From: Eledone cirrhosa
Lineage: Eukaryota
Length of the DNA stretch: 64,000 bases
Direction: 5' to 3'
NCBI GenBank assembly: GCA_964016885.1
Contig: OZ024742.1
Location: 17,484,001-17,548,000 of the forward strand
Below are positions 61,501 to 64,000 of the stretch, in pieces. The translations under genes and the position numbers were made by a program. Every line of letters begins with the position of its first letter. Within the stretch, counting starts at the first letter, position 1. The notes under the pieces are model-generated. The model was not told where the DNA came from. It did not search any database and saw only the letters and a program-made list of their open reading frames with translations.

Positions 61501-64000
61501 CTCCTCAAACTGTCAGACTGTACTTCGAATCTGTTGGATATAATTGTGTACTTCTCAAACTGTCAGACTGTACTTCGAACTTGTTGGATATAATTGTGTA
61601 TTCCTCAAACTGTCTGACTGTACTTCGAACCTGTTTGATAGAATTGTGTACTTCTCAAACTGTCAGACTGTACTTCGAACCTGTTTGATAGAATTGTGTA
61701 TTCCTCAAACTGTCTGACTGTACTTCGAACCTGTTTGATAGAATTGTGTACTTCTCAAACTGTCAGACTGTACTTCGAACTTGTTGGATATAATTATGTA
61801 CTTCTCAAACTGTCAGACTGTACTTCGAACCTGTTGGATAGAAGTGTGTACTACGCAAACTGTCAGACTGTACTTCGAACCTGTTCGATAGAATTGTGTA
61901 CTTCTCAAACTGTCAGACTGTACTTCGAACCTGTTTGATAGAATTGTGTATTCCTTAAACTGTCTGACTGTACATCGGACCTGTTGGATAGAATTGTGTA
62001 CTCCTCAAACTGTCAGACTGTACTTCGAATCTGTTGGATAGAATTGTGTACTCTTCAAACTGTCAGACTGTAATTCGAATCTGTTGGATAGAATTGTGTA
62101 CTTCTCAAACTGTCAGACTGTACTTCGAATCTGTTTGATAGAATTGTGTACTTCTCAAACTGTCAGACTGTACTTCCAACTTGTTTGATAGAATTGTGTA
62201 TTCCTCAAACTGTCAGACTGTACTTAGAATCTGTTTGATAGAATTGTGTATTCCTCAAACTGTCAGACTGTACTTCGAATCTGTTGGATAGAATTGTGTA
62301 CTTCTCAAACTGAAAGACTGTACTTCGAACCTGGTTGATAGAATTGTGTATTCCTCAAACTGTCAGACTGTACTTCGAATCTGTTGGATAGAATTGTGTA
62401 CTTCTCAAACTGAAAGACTGTACTTCGAACCTGGTTGATAGAATTGTGTATTCCTCAAACTGTCAGACTGTACTTCGAATCTGTTGGATAGAATTGTGTA
62501 CTTCTCAAACTGAAAGACTGTACTTCGAACCTGGTTGATAGAATTTTGTATTCCTCAAACTGTCAGACTGTACTTCGAATCTGTTGGATAGAATTGTGTA
62601 CTTCTCAAACTGAAAGACTGTACTTCGAACCTGGTTGATAGAATTGTGTATTCCTCAAACTGTCAGACTGTACTTCGAATCTGTTGGATAGAATTGTGTA
62701 CTTCTCGAACTGTCAGACTGTACTTCGGACCTGGTTGATAGAATTGTGTATTCCTCAAACTGTCAGACTGTACTTCGAATCTGTTGGATAGAATTGTGTA
62801 CTTCTCGAACTGTCAGACTGTACTTCGGACCTGGTTGATAGAATTGTGTATTCCTCAAACTGTCAGACTGTACTTCGAATCTGTTGGATAGAATTGTGTA
62901 CTTCTCAAAATGAAAGACTGTACTTCGAACCTGGTTGATAGAATTGTGTATTCCTCAAACTGTCAGACTGTACTTCGAATCTGTTGGATAGAATTGTGTA
63001 CTTCTCGAACTGTCAGACTGTACTTCGGACCTGGTTGATAGAATTGTTTATTCCTCAAACTGTCAGACTGTACTTCGAACCTGTTGGTTAGCATTGTGTA
63101 CTTCTCAAACTGTCAGACTGTACTTCGAATCTGTTTGATAGAATTGTGTACTTCTCAAACTGTCAGACTGTACGTCCAACCTGTTTGATAGAATTGTGTA
63201 TTCCTCAAACTGTCAGACTGTACTTCGAATCTGTTGGATAGATTTGTGTACTTCTCAAACTGTCAGACTGTACTTCGAACTTGTTGGATATAATTGTGTA
63301 CTTCTCAAACTGTCAGACTGTACTTCGAACCTGTTTGATAGAATTGTGTATTCATCAAACTGTCAGACTGTTCTTCGAACTCATTGGATAGAATTGTGTA
63401 CTTCTCAAACTGTCAGACTGTACTTCGAACCTGTTTGATAGAATTGTGTACTTCTCAAACTGTCAGACTGTACTTCGAACTTGTTGGATATAATTGTGTA
63501 CTTCTCAAACTGTCAGACTGTACTTCGAACCTGTTTGATAGAATTGTGTATTCCTTAAACTGTCTGACTGTACATCGGACCTGTTGGATAGAATTGTGTA
63601 CTCCTCAAACTGTCAGACTGTACTTCGAATCTGTTGGATAGAATTGTGTACTCTTCAAACTGTCAGACTGTAATTCGAATCTGTTGGATAGAATTGTGTA
63701 CTTCTCAAACTGTCAGACTGTACTTCGAATCTGTTTGATAGAATTGTGTACTTCTCAAACTGTCAGACTGTACTTCCAACCTGTTTGATAGAATTGTGTA
63801 TTCCTCAAACTGTCAGACTGTACTTAGAATCTGTTTGATAGAATTGTGTATTCCTCAAACTGTCAGACTGTACTTCGAATCTGTTGGATAGAATTGTGTA
63901 CTTCTCAAACTGAAAGACTGTACTTCGAACCTGGTTGATAGAATTGTGTATTCCTCAAACTGTCAGACTGTACTTCGAACCTGGTTGATAGAATTGTTTA
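19537..64000. repeat. Satellite DNA array, 50 bp monomer, about 890 copies within the window, with higher-order repeats; continues past the window end
   Basis: Consensus CTGTCAGACTGTACTTCGAA(C/T)CTGTT(G/T)GATAGAATTGTGTA(C/T)T(T/C)CTCAAA, head-to-tail in a single orientation. Only four register shifts are seen: -8 bp at 33881, 36273 and 38815, and +3 bp at about 41561. Confidence 0.99.

Noticed and set aside
19501-63641. Dozens of Cys/Leu-rich ORFs (…LLKLSDCTSNLLDRIVYSSNCQTVLRTC…) resembling a repeat protein
   Set aside because: These are translations of a 50 bp monomer that is not a multiple of 3. The consensus contains TAG/TGA stops, and ORFs appear only where variants happen to remove them.
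19537-64000. CRISPR-like array
   Set aside because: There are no unique spacers and no cas genes; the monomers are contiguous and the context is eukaryotic.

Overview
Eukaryotic, repeat-dominated window with no recognisable host gene. The SINE types and the microsatellite density suggest an invertebrate such as a cephalopod; this is an inference. Bases 1-19.5 kb are a nested transposon cluster with four components. (i) A frameshifted Penelope-like retroelement (RT plus GIY-YIG) sits inside a (TA)n tract. It has two ~1.7 kb direct pseudo-LTRs and an inverted partial copy, each carrying an intact minimal hammerhead ribozyme core. (ii) A full-length degraded L1/Tx1-type LINE and a 5'-truncated relative are both embedded in (GATA)n/(TATC)n microsatellite, which suggests microsatellite-targeted insertion. 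(iii) There are several tRNA-derived SINEs, one nested inside another. (iv) There are two copies of a ~100 bp Tc1/mariner-type MITE. From 19537 to the window end is a >44 kb satellite of a 50 bp monomer with layered higher-order repeats (about 2392, 2542, 2400 and 6150 bp). A second, unrelated hammerhead-like motif followed by AATAAA lies immediately before the first satellite monomer. All ORFs inside the satellite and the microsatellites are judged spurious.
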